Source: Octopus vulgaris
Taxonomy: Eukaryota
Reading direction: 5' to 3'
Assembly: GCA_951406725.2 (NCBI GenBank)
Contig: OX597827.1
Span: 28,582,001 to 28,646,000 of the forward strand
DNA: 64,000 nt
Shown: piece by piece, positions 12,931 through 26,118 of the stretch
How positions within the stretch are numbered: the first letter of the stretch is position 1
How the letters are laid out: each line of letters starts with the position of its first letter
Position numbers and translations under genes: made by a program
Notes under the pieces: generated by a model
Told to the model about the DNA's origin: nothing
Seen by the model: the letters and a program-made list of their open reading frames with translations, nothing else
The model's database searches: none

Positions 12931-14356
12931 AGTGTATATATATATATATATATATGTGTGTGTATGTATGTATGCATGTATGTATGTATGTATGTATGTA
13001 TGTATGTATGTATGCACGTATGTATGTATATTACCCATGTCAACATGTTGCGGTAATTTATCACCGAGGATCATTTCTTGACTGTTACTTTTTATTAACC
13101 CGAACCAGTAGAGTCTAGACGAAGCGGGTTGGGTACGATGATGAACACAGTCATCATTGTAAGAGGGAGGGTGATATAAAAGTGTTGAAATATCACTTTG
13201 GTTCTGATATAATCATCACATAAATTTTAAACAAACCACTACACACGGTGATGTAAAATAAAGATATACAACTACAAGATAATTTCGATAAACATCTGAT
13301 CACACAAAGTTTTTCGTTGCTCTACGAACACGATAGGTTTAGTTTCAAATCGCACCATCTGAAATTTGTACTTAAATTTTCCAGCTAGAAGTAAAAGGAA
13401 AGTTATTGAGGAGGTGGATTATCTTCAGTGTCAAATATAATCATATCTTAGACGTCACCTGCAAGCGAGCATATACGCGTATCACGCTTCGTATTTTGTT
13501 TTAGATGTCATGTAAGGAGCAAACGTATATAGAAACCTTCCTGAACCACCTACTCTTATTCAAATCCTTATTCAGAGAGGGAAAGAGAGAGAGGGGAGGA
13601 GGAGGAAGGAGAGCAAGTTTCGTACCAGCAGTTGAATGGTACCAGTTTACAGCTGAGTAGACTGGAGCATCATAAAATGATGATCTCGAACTCCTTTCAC
13701 ACTGTCCGGTCCTGGAGTAGAGGCTGCACTCTAACAGTTGTGAGCTTAAATCCATAACAATTTGGCCACGTACCTATAAACGTAAAGAGTGAAGTTTAAT
13801 ATTTCATATCTCAATGGTGGTTGTTGTTTAGGGATTGGTCACGTGCTACTAAAATTGATTATGACCAAAGGAGTTCCTGCATTGTCTATCATGGTCTACT
13901 CTCGGGAATTGTGTCTAATTTCTTTCAAACGATTTGGTGTAAAATTATTTATTTATGTATTCATTTATATATTTATTTCGTGGGACAGGAAGACAGAGTT
14001 TGGCTGCCATTTTTATCAGATAGGTTAAAAGATCAATTTGAGTATTCCTTTTCGGATCATTATTTTTTCTTATTTCAACCAGAGGTAGTGACAATGCTGT
14101 TGTTCTGTCATTCGGGATTCAAAGAGAAACCTCAACCTGACATTTTACTGTTATAAGTTCATAGGGTACCATTAAAGCACAAAAAGTACCTCCTGAATTA
14201 GTGATTCTGTAATCAATACTCTACAGCCGATCACATCGTCTACTCCATACGCCTAGAAGCATTTCATCTCATTACTGCTAGTCAACAAAGTTATTATAAT
14301 TCGGATGGACTGCACATACAGCAGTGAGTCTTCTCAATGTATAATATTTCACAAAG

Positions 14357-14815
14357 GGCCGGCGAGCTGCCAGAATCGTTACAACGCCGGAAAAATTGCT
14401 TAACGGCATTTCTTCCGAGCTGGCGAGCTGGCAGAAGCGTTAGCGCATCGGTCGAAATGCTTAGCGATATTTCGTCTGCCGCTACGTTCTGAGTTCAAAT
14501 TCCGCCGAGGTCGACTTTGCCTTTCATCCTTTAGGGGTCGATTAAATAAGTACCAGTTACGCACTGGGGTCGATGTAATCGACTTAATCCCGTTGTCTGT
14601 CCTTGTTTGTCCACTCTGTGTTTAGCTCCTTGTGGGTAGTAAAGAAATAGCCATTTCTTCCGACTTTACGTTCTGAGTTCAAATACAATTGAGGTCAACT
14701 TTGCTTTTCATCTTTTTCGCGGTCGATAAAAATGTACGAGTTGAACACAGGAGTCGATTTAATTGACTTTCCTCTCTCTCAAACTGCTGGCCTTTTGCCG
14801 AAATTTTAAGCCAAT
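14357..14815 (+). mobile_element. SINE family A (Nin/Deu-like core) nested inside an older family A copy
   Basis: Head GGCGAGCTGGCAGAA, B-box GAGTTCAAAT, core GCCTTTCATCCTTT.GGGGTCGAT; 12-bp TSD CATTTCTTCCGA at 14407-14418 and 14652-14663. Confidence 0.88.
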
Positions 14816-17286
14816 AATATTACTTTGTAGCTAAGTGGACTGATCCAGTACACGGGATCTTTGATAAATCGTAGTTTAAACCTTAGTGAAACCCTAGTTG
14901 TGTACACATATGGAAAATGTATTTTGATGATTATCCTCTCACCGGTTAGCGGTCATGTAAGACAACATTCATATGTCTTTTCCTTCTTTAAAACTGCAGT
15001 GTGTATGACTTGAGCCCTCTCTCAGTTACTCTATCAGTGACTCGTCGATTACCAGTTTGTTGATGCAGCCAACCAAGTCTTGTTGAAGATGAGGATGTAG
15101 CAAATTATTTCTTTTTGACATGACGCAAAGTTCAACATTAACATGGAAAAAAATGTTCCTTATATGTAAATAATGAGAGGAAGGACAGTGATAATAATCT
15201 TTCCAGGCCTATAAGCTAGGCAAGTAAGGCCGAGCGTAAGCTTCTGTAGCTCAATACTAACATGGTCGCCAATGATATCATCAGACAGTAGGACGCATGC
15301 ATTTCTGTGTCGTAAGGCTTCGTCAGGTATAAAAACAGTATCACTCATTCACAACCCTCTAAAAACAGTCGTTGTATATACGAATTGCAAATATCACTTT
15401 TGCGAAAGGGCATAAAACACGGTCAAGCTAGAATTAGGCAACCAGGAGGCGCACGAAGCAGCGTGGAATAAAATTTAGGCGTGTACAATCATATATAACA
15501 AGTTCGTTGGGAAAACGAACTACGATCGTAACTCTCAATCTAAAATGACAAGTTAGATTGTGACAGACTTTCAGTTGTCGCTTTAGCTGAATGTGCAGAT
15601 TTGAGCAAATCTAGACTTCCTAATCCCTATTACTGACGCAGTGGAACATCCAGAATATCACTGGGTCACAATCTTATTTATCGACCTGAAAATATTGAAA
15701 GGTGGGATATAAACTTAGAGTACAGGGAACCAGAACCAATATTAGAACGCATTTCATCCGATGTTATCAACTCTACCAATCGACTATTTTAAAGGAATGA
15801 GCTCCACTATATTTACGGAGTTACTGAGGTATTGAAGCAGCTATGATTATTAGCTTTAGTCCTTAAATCTGAAAGCATTTAAGGACCAGACACTAGTGTC
15901 AAGCTAGACGGCTTGTTAGGCCTGACACTGATGGCTTTAAATAAAAGAACATGATTTCAACAATGGACTGAATTACTTTGCATTTTAAACATTACCTGAA
16001 TTTTAGTTCCTGTTATGCAAAGCTTGACACTTTTGAAGGATTATTATAAGGAATTGATAAAATGTTGGGATGTTTATGCATTTAATACTGTCATTATGAA
16101 GAATATCACTGAAATAAAAATAAAAAGTAGTATATCTTTACGATTTTACTCAACACGTTTTTGTTCATAATTTCTGTTTAAACTTGTAAAAACTGCTGTG
16201 GATCGAACGCTAACCGCTCCACCTCTCTAAAACCACCACAACCAATTTTGATGCTTGACCCTAACCCTAACCGTAACCCTAGCCCTATCTTAACCCATCC
16301 ACGTACGTCACTAATATTTTACGAAAAAAGAAAACAGGAATTCTACAACTTTTCATTAACGTTTCGCTAAAAAATGCTGGTTTCTTTTGGTTTAGTTAAA
16401 TATTATTTTTAGTTTTCTAGTTAGGTTTTAAGACTTTTTAGTTCTCTAGAGAAATAAACAACCTATATCTAATGGGGAATTACACACGTGCACTTCTACA
16501 AATCTCTTCAACTGTTGCTAAGATATCGTTTACCCTTTAAAACTTTTTTTTTCTCTCTCTCTTTCTCCATAAACTCTCGCATTTGTATTTAAGATTATGT
16601 GAAAATACCAGATCTTGCCATTTGGAAACGGAAATCTTCCAACCTTCTATTCAACTTCCGTGCATCAAGGATGGGGAAAAAGCATCGATGAAGCATTCAC
16701 TGAATTAAGCGTATTTTCACCTGGCTTATCCACTTAACGTTTTCGCTAGCAGAAATTCTCATAACTTAATATTAGTTACATGAGTGCTCTCCCACTTACA
16801 ACAATACAGTTTCGATTTTCGCTGGAAGCCGACTGAAATTAACTTATCCCTCCTAATGAACTTGAGAAAATCATATCATTTTCCTCGTTATATCCAAGCT
16901 ATTGTAATGTATCAAAGAGATACCAGTATTCCTCACGAGGAATTCGGATAACACCAGGTTGGGTATTCGGTGAATGATAATTGACTTTAATTACAGCAAA
17001 AGTATCCCTAAGAGTGGCAAAAATATCGCCGTACATCGTTGTATGTAATGGGCTGACCTATCCCTTACTTTAGGGTGATATATGTATTTCAGTAAGACGG
17101 AAACCGATTGTTTCTAGAAAGATCTCTTGATAAACAGTTGTAGTTCCTAGGTAAAGACAAGCTACTCTATCCCAACTGCTGTTGCGACTATAACTGCACC
17201 AATTTATTTCAGCATGTGTCACTATTGCTACGCCACTATTATCAATACACGCCATTAAGGCCACGTCGCTATTGCCAATATTGTTT

Positions 17287-17516
17287 GTTGTTGTTTGTTC
17301 CTTCTCGTGTCATGCCTGGCTCATAGGCTCGGTTTTTCGGTTTCCGTCGCTGGTGAGCTGCAGTGGCGAAAGAGTCAGCAGAAGTTCGCCTTTACCTTCT
17401 GCGGAGCCGCTTGGAGCTTTGTTTATAAACACACACATCGCCCAGTCTGAGATTCGAACCCGCCAACCCGCGACCGCGAGTCCACTGCTCTAACCACTAG
17501 GCCATGTGCCTCCACA
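17287..17516 (-). mobile_element. tRNA-derived SINE (distinct family)
   Basis: Minus strand A-box TGGCCTAGTGG, B-box GGTTCGAATC, (AAC)n tail. Confidence 0.8.
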
Positions 17517-17624
17517 TTGCCAATATAGACTTCTCAATATAGTCATACCACTCTCCTTATTATAGACCCGTCACCATAGCCACGTCGCTATCAGCAAAGA
17601 ATACCTATCATTATAATCACGTCG

Positions 17625-17838
17625 AGGTGGTGTGCAGGCAGAATAGTTACCGCGTCGTACAAATTACTGAGCGGCATTTATTCCGACATTACGTTCTGAG
17701 TTCAAATGCTGCGGGGTCGACTTTGCTTGTCATAATTTCGGGGTTGATAAAATAAGTAACGGTTGAACACAGGGATTAATGGAATCGACTTATCAACTTC
17801 CCAGGAATTGCTTGCCTATTGCCAAAATCTGAGACCAT
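17625..17838 (+). mobile_element. Degenerate SINE family A
   Basis: ACGTTCTGAGTTCAAAT..GTCGACTTTGC core. Confidence 0.7.
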
Positions 17839-18179
17839 TATCGTCACGCCGCTCTCGTAAATATGTACGCTTCACTATAGACACGCTGCTGTTGTGAATA
17901 CAGACCTCTAACTACAATGCACAAAGAAATCCCAGGTCAACGAGCGAGCCGTTATATGGTAACTTGAACTGGTAAAAATGGCAGCTAGGTTTTCTTCAGA
18001 TCACACAACAATTTCTTAAACGAGACACGCCATACGATATAGTCCAGTTCAAGTATATCTCTAAAATGCGGTGGTCATATTTGGAATGACTTCGATCTTG
18101 GGTAGGTTTAATGCTAAACGACAGCAACATCGACAACAGCCACAAAAGTCACCACAGAATATTTCACTAAGCATACAGT

Positions 18180-18218
<39 letters not shown>

Positions 18219-18221
<3 letters not shown>

Positions 18222-18493
18222 CGATTTAAAGTGGGAAATACGAAAGTTGGTGATCAATGAAGAGAGTAGACGTGATACCAATAGTGATTGGTGCACTTGG
18301 AAGTATCAGCATTCACCTACCACCATGGGTGAAAAAGATTGTTGCAAGTGTGAAGGTAGAACACCTACAAAAATTAGAATTGCTTGGGACTGCAAGAATT
18401 CTTCGCAGGATTCTTGAATCATGACCAGTAAACAAGTGTCACCTTAACCTGGTGGCTGTGGACAGCCGACGCTTTCCATCATACCCAGCAAAA
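18219..18493 (+). mobile_element. 3' end of an R4/Dong-type RLE non-LTR element
   Basis: Translates VDVIPIVIGALGSI..LQKLELLGTARILRRIL*; preceded by (TAA)n 18180-18218. Confidence 0.8.
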
Positions 18494-18494
18494 T

Positions 18495-18532
18495 ATCATC
18501 ATCATCATCATCATCATCATCATGATCATCAC

Positions 18533-18602
<70 letters not shown>

Positions 18603-18608
18603 TTCATC
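18495..18608. repeat. (CAT)n microsatellite
   Basis: Direct reading; source of the poly-His ORF. Confidence 0.95.
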
Positions 18609-18669
18609 AAAATCACTTAACTAATGAAGCCAGTCGTTGAGATGCCTCTCTAGGTGCTTTCATAGTAAC

Positions 18670-19180
18670 AACACGATGTTAAACGGCGAGAGACTGAATG
18701 AAGTGGACAGCTTCGAATACCTAAGATCCTCTTTGACCAAGGGCGACAGATCTAAAAAGGAGATAACAACAAGTCTCAGTTTAGCCTCTGCTGCCCTGAC
18801 GAACCTGAACAACAAATGGAAAAGAAATTCCATTTGTTTTTCATCAAGACTCAGAGTGTACAAGAGCCTGGTGACTTCGATCCTTCTGTATACATTCTTA
18901 CAGCTGACACGGAGCAAAGAATCCATTCATTTGAAAACAAATGCTTCAGAAGGTTATTACACATCGCGTACACAGAGCACAAAACGAGCAGCTTTGTCAA
19001 GCAGCAAGTCAACAAATACGCTAGCAGACAGGAACCCCTCCTTGCGCAGGTAAAAAATGGAAAGCTTGTCTGGTACGGTTATGTATCTCACCATAACCTC
19101 CAGTCCAAAACGATTCTTCGGGGTAGAGCTGAGGAAAGGTGAAAGATAGGCAGCCAGGGACAATCCTGATTTGACAACAC
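18670..19180 (+). pseudogene. RTE-clade LINE RT C-terminal fragment
   Basis: LNEVDSFEYLRS..RLRVYKSLVTSILLY / RIHSFENKCFRRLLHI..LVWYGYV; frameshifted. Confidence 0.82.
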
Positions 19181-19386
19181 AGTTTTATACTTTTCTGTAA
19201 TTACGCAACTGTTGACTGAAACATGTAAAAGATAAGAGATAATCGTACTTTCACTATTTTCATTCCAGGTATGCACTTCATCACGTGCTCTCTATTTCTG
19301 TCGTTGTTCGGATAAAAATTTTGGGAGACTAGGTGAAATTACTCTACTTCAATCATGTTGGTGTCACCACTTTAAGGACCTAGGAA

Positions 19387-19975
19387 GGCAGCGAGCTGGC
19401 AGAAACGTTAGTACGCCGGGCGAAATGCTTAGCGGCATTTCATCTGTCTTTGTGTTCTGAGTCCTGAGAGAGGAGCCCCGAAGAAACGCTACAAAGACTG
19501 CCTCAAAAAGTCTCTCACCGCATGTGATGTCGACCACCAATGCTGGACAAACCTGGCTGCGACCGTGATGCCTGGCGTCACACGATCTTCAACGCGGTCA
19601 ACAAGTTTAAAGAACACAGAAAAGACGCGCATAAAGACAAGAGACGCAGGAGGAAGGCCTGAGCCTCCTCTGACACCACACCGGATGTTACCTTCGTCTG
19701 TGGACACTGCTCGCGGACCTTCCTTTCCCGCATCGGACTTGTCAGTCATGTGCGTACCAGCAGACGACGTGGACAACCTTCCTAATCTTCGTTCGCGAAG
19801 CCAAGCCATGATGGTGATGATGACGTTCTGTGTTCAAATTCCGCCGAGGTCGACTTTGCCTTTTATCTTTTCGGGGTCGATAAATTAAGTACCAGTTGCG
19901 TACTGGAGTCGATCTAATCGACTGTCCCCCCCTCTCCAAACATTTCGAACCTTGTATCTAGAGTAGAAAAGAATA
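19387..19975 (+). mobile_element. SINE family A split by an RTE insertion
   Basis: Head 19387-19462, resumes at 19825; tail CTAGAGTAGAAAAGAAT. Confidence 0.85.
19463..19824 (+). mobile_element. 5'-truncated RTE LINE 3' end
   Basis: RGAPKKRYKDCLKKSL..FVCGHCSRTFLSRIGLVSH (C2H2-like), (ATG)n tail, TSD GTTCTG(A/T)GT at 19454-19462 and 19825-19833. Confidence 0.88.
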
Positions 19976-20342
19976 ATAAGGACTTAGGGCCAAATATCTT
20001 CGATCGCAGATTGTATCTGACTCCTGTATATTTTCGACAGCCAGGGTAGACGGAAAAAAATCAATGTCAAACTCCGCGCCATTTTGAATTCAGAAGTACG
20101 AAATTAGCTCAACCAAAATAGTTAGGAAAGAGACCTTTTTTTTCACAACTGCTACACCATTGTTTTATTTCTATCCTAATATTATTATTATTATTTTCCT
20201 TGGAAGTTACATTCAGATAATTTATTCTTATCTCTTCCTAGCTATATTTTAGGATTTCTCTATCAGCACCATCACCAGCATCAGCGTCATTATTATTACT
20301 ATTATTATTATTATGATTATTATGATTATGATTATGATTATG

Positions 20343-20393
<51 letters not shown>

Positions 20394-20725
20394 GTTGTTG
20401 TTGTTGTTGTTGGTATTACGTTTGTGTTGGTGTGTGTGTGGATGTGATATTTACATTTACAATAAATTTCGTAATTACTAAAAATTTCTCTCTAAAGAAT
20501 TGTTTTGTTTCTTAATATAGCTATTAAACGTTACCACCTCTATTCTTCTAATGACCCCCATTTCCAGCAAAAAATCGAAGACATTTGCAATATTTCAAAT
20601 GATAAAGGTCACTTAGCGAGAAAATTCTCACGAGATTAGTTTAAATAAATCACTAGTTTTTCTTTATTGCTTCATTTCATTGGTACAGAACCACTAAATA
20701 ACTTCTCTGCCGATTAATGAACTAT

Positions 20726-20780
20726 AATGGCGGATGGTTTTTATCACAATTACACAAGGTAGTACGTTTGCGCATGCGCA
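20726..20780. promoter_or_regulatory. NRF1/Ewg palindrome with a nearby YY1-like site
   Basis: Perfect TGCGCATGCGCA at 20769-20780; AATGGCGG at 20726-20733. Confidence 0.35.
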
Positions 20781-20930
20781 ACAAAATATGTTGAGAATAA
20801 CGTTGGGAGAAAAAAGAAAACTACAAGTACAAGCCACTATCCGTTCAATCGTAAAACTCTTCTCAAAACTAAAAACTATTCTATTATTGTAGCATCATAT
20901 ATATATATGTGTATATATGCATGTATGTCC

Positions 20931-20974
<44 letters not shown>

Positions 20975-21070
20975 GTGTGTATGTGTGTGTCTCTGTGTGT
21001 GTGTACAAGGGGTTGCTGAAAAGTATCTGGCTTTAAGAGTGTCGCGAAAGGTCCAACTTTCCGAGAAAAA

Positions 21071-21115
<45 letters not shown>

Positions 21116-21389
21116 TGTGTGTGTGTTGGAAACATCATGTAACATCATGCAAAAATCGTTAGTGTTGCATTATTTGTTCCGACTCACAACCGAGGTCAAC
21201 TTTATCTTTCATCCATTCGGGATCGATTTAACAAAGTACCAGTCAAGTACTGGGGTCGATGGTATCTAGTAACCACCTCCTTCAATATTACTAACCTTGA
21301 GTCTAAATCAGAATCCACTATTTAGGGCGATTAATTAACAGAATCCTTCGAACATCGAAGACAATACTTGACATCGAATACAACTATTA

Positions 21390-21662
21390 ACATTATTTAC
21401 ATTTGACGGATATATGTTCTCATCTTGTTTGTTGTTAACACAATACTTCGACTGATATAGCCTCCAGCCTTCATCATGTGTCTTGGGGAAATTTCGAACT
21501 TGGATTCTCATTCCTAAGGTTCGAAATTTCCCCAAAGACACCTGATGAAGTCTGGAGAGTATATCACCCGAAACATTGTGTTAACAACAAACAAGATGAG
21601 GGCTAATATCCGTCATATGTAAATAATGTACATAATTCCTCATCTCTTAAATATAGAACTGT
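21390..21662. mobile_element. Head-to-head inverted pair of an HHR-bearing PLE-type terminal repeat
   Basis: Arms 21390-21499 and 21519-21629; HHR motifs at 21437-21482(-) and 21537-21582(+), both mutated; same family as 34060-34221. Confidence 0.85.
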
Positions 21663-23183
21663 AATACCTGATGGTGTTTTCTATCGACTCTTTGCAGAGT
21701 TCAAATCACTTTGAGGTCAACTTCCCAGATCATCCTTCTGGGGTCGATAAAATAAAGTGTCAACCGAGAATATTCGCAAAATGGAATTTCCAGGAAACTG
21801 ATAAGTTATAAATGTCGAATACAGGAGAATTTGTACAGCGTCGTAATTTATTCTGAGTTCTGATCCCTCCAGTATAAAACTAGCTAAAGATTTACTAGGG
21901 CGTTAATCCAATGGAATTTACTATCGTCGGTTGGCAGATAGGCATTTGTTACTTCGGTGCCAGTTATAATTCAACGCCGCAAATGCTTTCGATGGCGAGA
22001 TAGATAAGAAGGCAGGCAAAACGATAAAATGCCTTCCTGAATTCAGAGTTTCCTAGCTTCCGTTCCATCTTTGATTTTGACTTCAAAGCTGCCTTGGAAG
22101 CAACAACAACGTACTTGGAATTGATAAAATAATTACAAAGTGATATATCGAGGTCAATTCAATCAACTAAACTTGCTCTACCGCCTCAGAATAAATAAAT
22201 AAATATCGTTATTATTATAACCATCACTAATATCACTTATATTTATTATGACTCTCCTACTTAGGCAGCGTGTTCCAACGTATAATAAGATGAAACTTCA
22301 TGTCTTCACTACTGCCAATTACTTTATTATCTTCCTCGTGGCAACACACTTGAATTGAACACTTGACGAGTATTATACTTAATCAAATCTGTTTTTTCAA
22401 GAATATTTCTGTAAGAGATTTACTCTCGCTTCTTTTGGCCTCTCTAGTATTTCATTATTCAACTCCATAATTACATAGAAGGCACTTATTTGGCTCGGCT
22501 CCAGTTTCTTTAATGCAGTAAAAAGGATTTTTTTTTTCATTTTTGTTAACCCTTATCTTAGAAAACACGACGAAGTAAAATATTCATTCAACAAATAAAA
22601 ATAAATAAATACCTATATATAAATAAATAAATAATATTGAAATCTTTCAGGAGCATTATGAACTGGTAAAACAGGAAATCAGTAAGGAAAATCGATCAGA
22701 TAAATATTTAATTCAATCATGTATCAAATACAGCAACGTTGTGCAATATGGATATGATGCGGTACAGACAGTTTTACTGTAGCTTCGTCCTGGGTCATGT
22801 TTAACGAACAAGATCTCTAATTAAAGGTCATGGTTGAAACTATGATCATTCCATATATTCATATCATTTATTGTTTATCCAGGATCACATTTTTTCAATG
22901 TGGTGTTTCGTCATAAGTCGTAAGAATGTGATTTAACCTTTTAACATACACATTTTATTTCCAATTTCCATGCAGAAAAGATATTTCTTATTTTTTATTT
23001 GTTGTATCTGCATACATGAAAAAAAAATAAGTATACAAATTATTTTGAACCACTCAGGAGTTATTATGGAGTTATTGATAGAAATGATAGTTGCTGGTTG
23101 TCAATAAGAGAAAACGGGAATAACATCATGGACGAAGTATTTCGGGTCAGAAATAAGGGTCAAATACCTCGGAGTATAGTGAG

Positions 23184-23588
23184 TACTCTTTTTACTCTTT
23201 TACTTGTTTCAGTCATTTGACTGCGGCCATGCTGGAGCAGCGCCTTTAATCGAGCAACTCGACCCCGGGACTTATTCTTTTGTAAGCCCAGTACTTACTC
23301 TATCGAACTCTTTTGCCGAACCGCTATGTAACGGGGACATAAACACACCAGCATCGGTTGTGAAGCAATGCTAGGGGGACAGACACACAAACACACACAC
23401 ATACATATATATATATACATATATACGACAGGCTTCTTTCAGTTTCCGTCTACCAAATCCACTCACAAGGCATTGGTCGGCCCGGGGCTATAGCAGAAGA
23501 CACTTGCCCAAGATGCCACGCAGTGGGACTGAACCCAGAACCATGTGGTTGGTTAGCAAGCTACTTACCACACAGCCACTCCTGCGCC
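23184..23588 (-). mobile_element. Full-length SINE family B
   Basis: GGCGCAGGAGTGGCTGTGTGGTAAG head to CAAATGACTGAAACAAGTAAAAGAG tail. Confidence 0.9.
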
Positions 23589-23610
23589 TATGTATATTTT
23601 CCTTCAAATA

Positions 23611-24164
23611 TATTGGGTTGTCCGATTTAGAGTAGCTTACCTTTCGACTTATTTTAGAACATGGTTGAGTCTAAAAATAGGATTTGACTATGCCTTCATT
23701 AAGAGCACAGTGTAAGCTATCTTTTTGTGGAAGAAGGTTTATGTTCCTATAACCTGTGTTAATTCTGTAACCCTTTAAAATGGAAGATAAGAAAGTTCAT
23801 TTCGGCATTTGATGCTTTGGGAACCAGACAAAAATTGCTGCAGCTCGGCTGGGATGTGTTACCTCACCCTCCATATTTACTAGATATTGTTCCTTCGGAT
23901 TTCCACTTATTCGGGTCTCTGCAGAATAGTCTTAATGGTAAACATTTCAATTCCTTGGACGATGTAAAAAGATACCGTGATGAATTCTTTACCATGAAAT
24001 CACCTCAATTCTGGGAAGAGGGTGTTTTCAAGTTAAAGGAGAGATGGAGGCGCATTGTGCAACAGAATGGTTCATATTTGGTTGATTAAAAATGTAATGG
24101 CAAGTATTTATTGACCTTTTTCTTTCCTTTAAAAATCGGCACGAACTTTCCGGACAACCCAACA
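23611..24164 (+). mobile_element. Internally deleted mariner transposon
   Basis: TIRs TATTGGGTTGTCCG and CGGACAACCCAACA with TA flanks; N-terminus MEDKKVHF fused to C-terminus LPHPPYLLDIVPSDFHLF..ERWRRIVQQNGSY. Confidence 0.9.
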
Positions 24165-24257
24165 TATATACTAGACATCTCTGAACGAAAATATACGGAA
24201 TAATATGTTAAGAGGTTTAGACAGGTGGTTGCTGCATCATTAATTTTATCATTAATT

Positions 24258-24475
24258 TTTTTGTTTGTTTCAGTCATTAAATTGCGGCCATGCTGGGACA
24301 CAGCCTTGAAGGATTTTGAGGGAACTTACGGAGCCCAGGATGCGTTTTTTTCTTTTAAGCTGGTGTTTATCGTATCGATCATTTTGGCCAAACTGCTAAG
24401 TATCGGGACGTAACCTCATCAACACCGGTCTTCTGGCGGGGGTGGAGAAAAAACACAGACACAAAGACACACACG

Positions 24476-24514
<39 letters not shown>

Positions 24515-24672
24515 ACACACACACACACATGTATATACATGCGACAGGCTTCTTCACAATGCTTTAGTCGAGCCGAGGCTATAGTAGCAGATACTTGACC
24601 AAGGTGCCATACAGCGGGACTGAATCCAGAACCATGGGATTGGGAAGCAAGCTCCTTACCACAAAGCCACAA
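24258..24672 (-). mobile_element. Degenerate SINE family B
   Basis: Homology to 23184-23588. Confidence 0.8.
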
Positions 24673-25389
24673 CTACACCTAACCATAACATCTATACTAT
24701 ACATCTATAAGTTCAAAACATTTAGTAGAGATAATTTCAACGATTAGATTATATATGTGTTGTCGTTACACTTCGGTGCCAATTCAGCGTTTATCCAGCA
24801 GATATTCTATCCATGACCATCTCGACTTTAATCAAACATAATGAATCCAAGACTCATACTATGCAACAAATCTCGCAATTTTTCAAACCACGTCAGTGCG
24901 AGATTTCAAGGAGATTTTGTTTGCTTTATATTTTTCTCGTAGATCTGGTTAACTACCTATAACTCCCTCTAACGGCCTTCTTCATAAGTGACATAAACTC
25001 GCGTGATTAGGAAAATTCTTACACTTGATATGTGAGAAGCCTTTTCTTTTCTTCTTTTTTTTTGTCTTGGGAGTGGTGGTGGGCTTATTTCAAGACAAAC
25101 ATAATTTTCTATCAGCGCCTGCAAATATGGAGGTGTCTCCAGATATATATCTTGTATTGCCGTCATTCTATAATTATGTATTAATCGTTGGTTAGTGTGG
25201 TAGAACGAAGGAGAGCGTAGTATACCTACCAACTACTATTAACATCGTTGTCTTGTCCAACTCTGTGAAAAACAACAGTTCGGAGGAGCATCACACCTCA
25301 GTCTCCTCGTGTTTCTTTCAACACGTTATATTCGCTCAAACAAAACATACAAAGTGCTTTCGACTTGTACAGATCAGGTATGTCGTCAC

Positions 25390-25417
25390 TCCCACCCCCA
25401 CCACCATCACCACCACC

Positions 25418-25515
<98 letters not shown>
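25390..25515. repeat. (CAC)n-(TAC)n compound microsatellite
   Basis: Direct reading. Confidence 0.95.
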
Positions 25516-25809
25516 ATACTTGGACATGGCTTTTCATTTCACACTTCACGAGTCTGTTGAACTGAAAGTGATCGCCTGTTTTGTATCGATACAACTCCTA
25601 TTCTCCTTCCAGCTGTTGCATCCTCTTTATCTTTATTCATGTAAATCAACGGCCGCGGTGGGGGTACAAGAGGTTGTAGGTACGTATATGTGTGTATGTG
25701 TGTGTGTGTGAGTACTTGTGACCATAAAAGGAGCCAAAACTATCAGCGAAAGCATGGGGCGTGCTACCATCCTTGTACTATAGTTCCACTTGTTAGTATT
25801 TCATGGATT

Positions 25810-26118
25810 GAAGGTGCGTAGCTTAGTGTTTAGGGCATTCGGCTCCCGATCGTAAGGTCCAGAGTTCAATTTCCGGCGGCGTGTTGTGTCCTTGAGCAAG
25901 ACACTATATTACCCGTTGCTTCAGTCCACTCAGCTGGCAAAAATGAGTTGTACCTGTATTTCAAAGGGCCAGCCTCGTCATACTCTGTGTCACGCTGAAT
26001 CTCGCTGAGAACTACGTGTCTGTGAAGTGCTCAGCCACCTGTACGTTAATTTAACCAGCAAGCCGTTCCGTTGATCATGTTAGCTGGGCCCCTCGTCGTC
26101 GTAACCGACGGAGTGCTC
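25810..26118 (+). mobile_element. tRNA-derived SINE family C
   Basis: A/B boxes, core TGTGTCCTTGAGCAAGACAC, end GTAACCGACGGAGTGCTC; colinear with 54337-54653. Confidence 0.88.

Noticed and set aside
15195-15335. Minus-strand CTGACGA..GAAATGCATGCGTC and a second CTGATGA
   Set aside because: Stems I and II do not pair convincingly with any downstream GAAA.
16258-16287. CCCTAA telomere-like repeats
   Set aside because: Only about five degenerate units inside an apparent interspersed repeat; not evidence of a telomere fusion.
17420-17516. tRNA gene (also 25810 and 54337)
   Set aside because: A/B boxes are present but the acceptor stem does not close and the sequence continues into SINE bodies.
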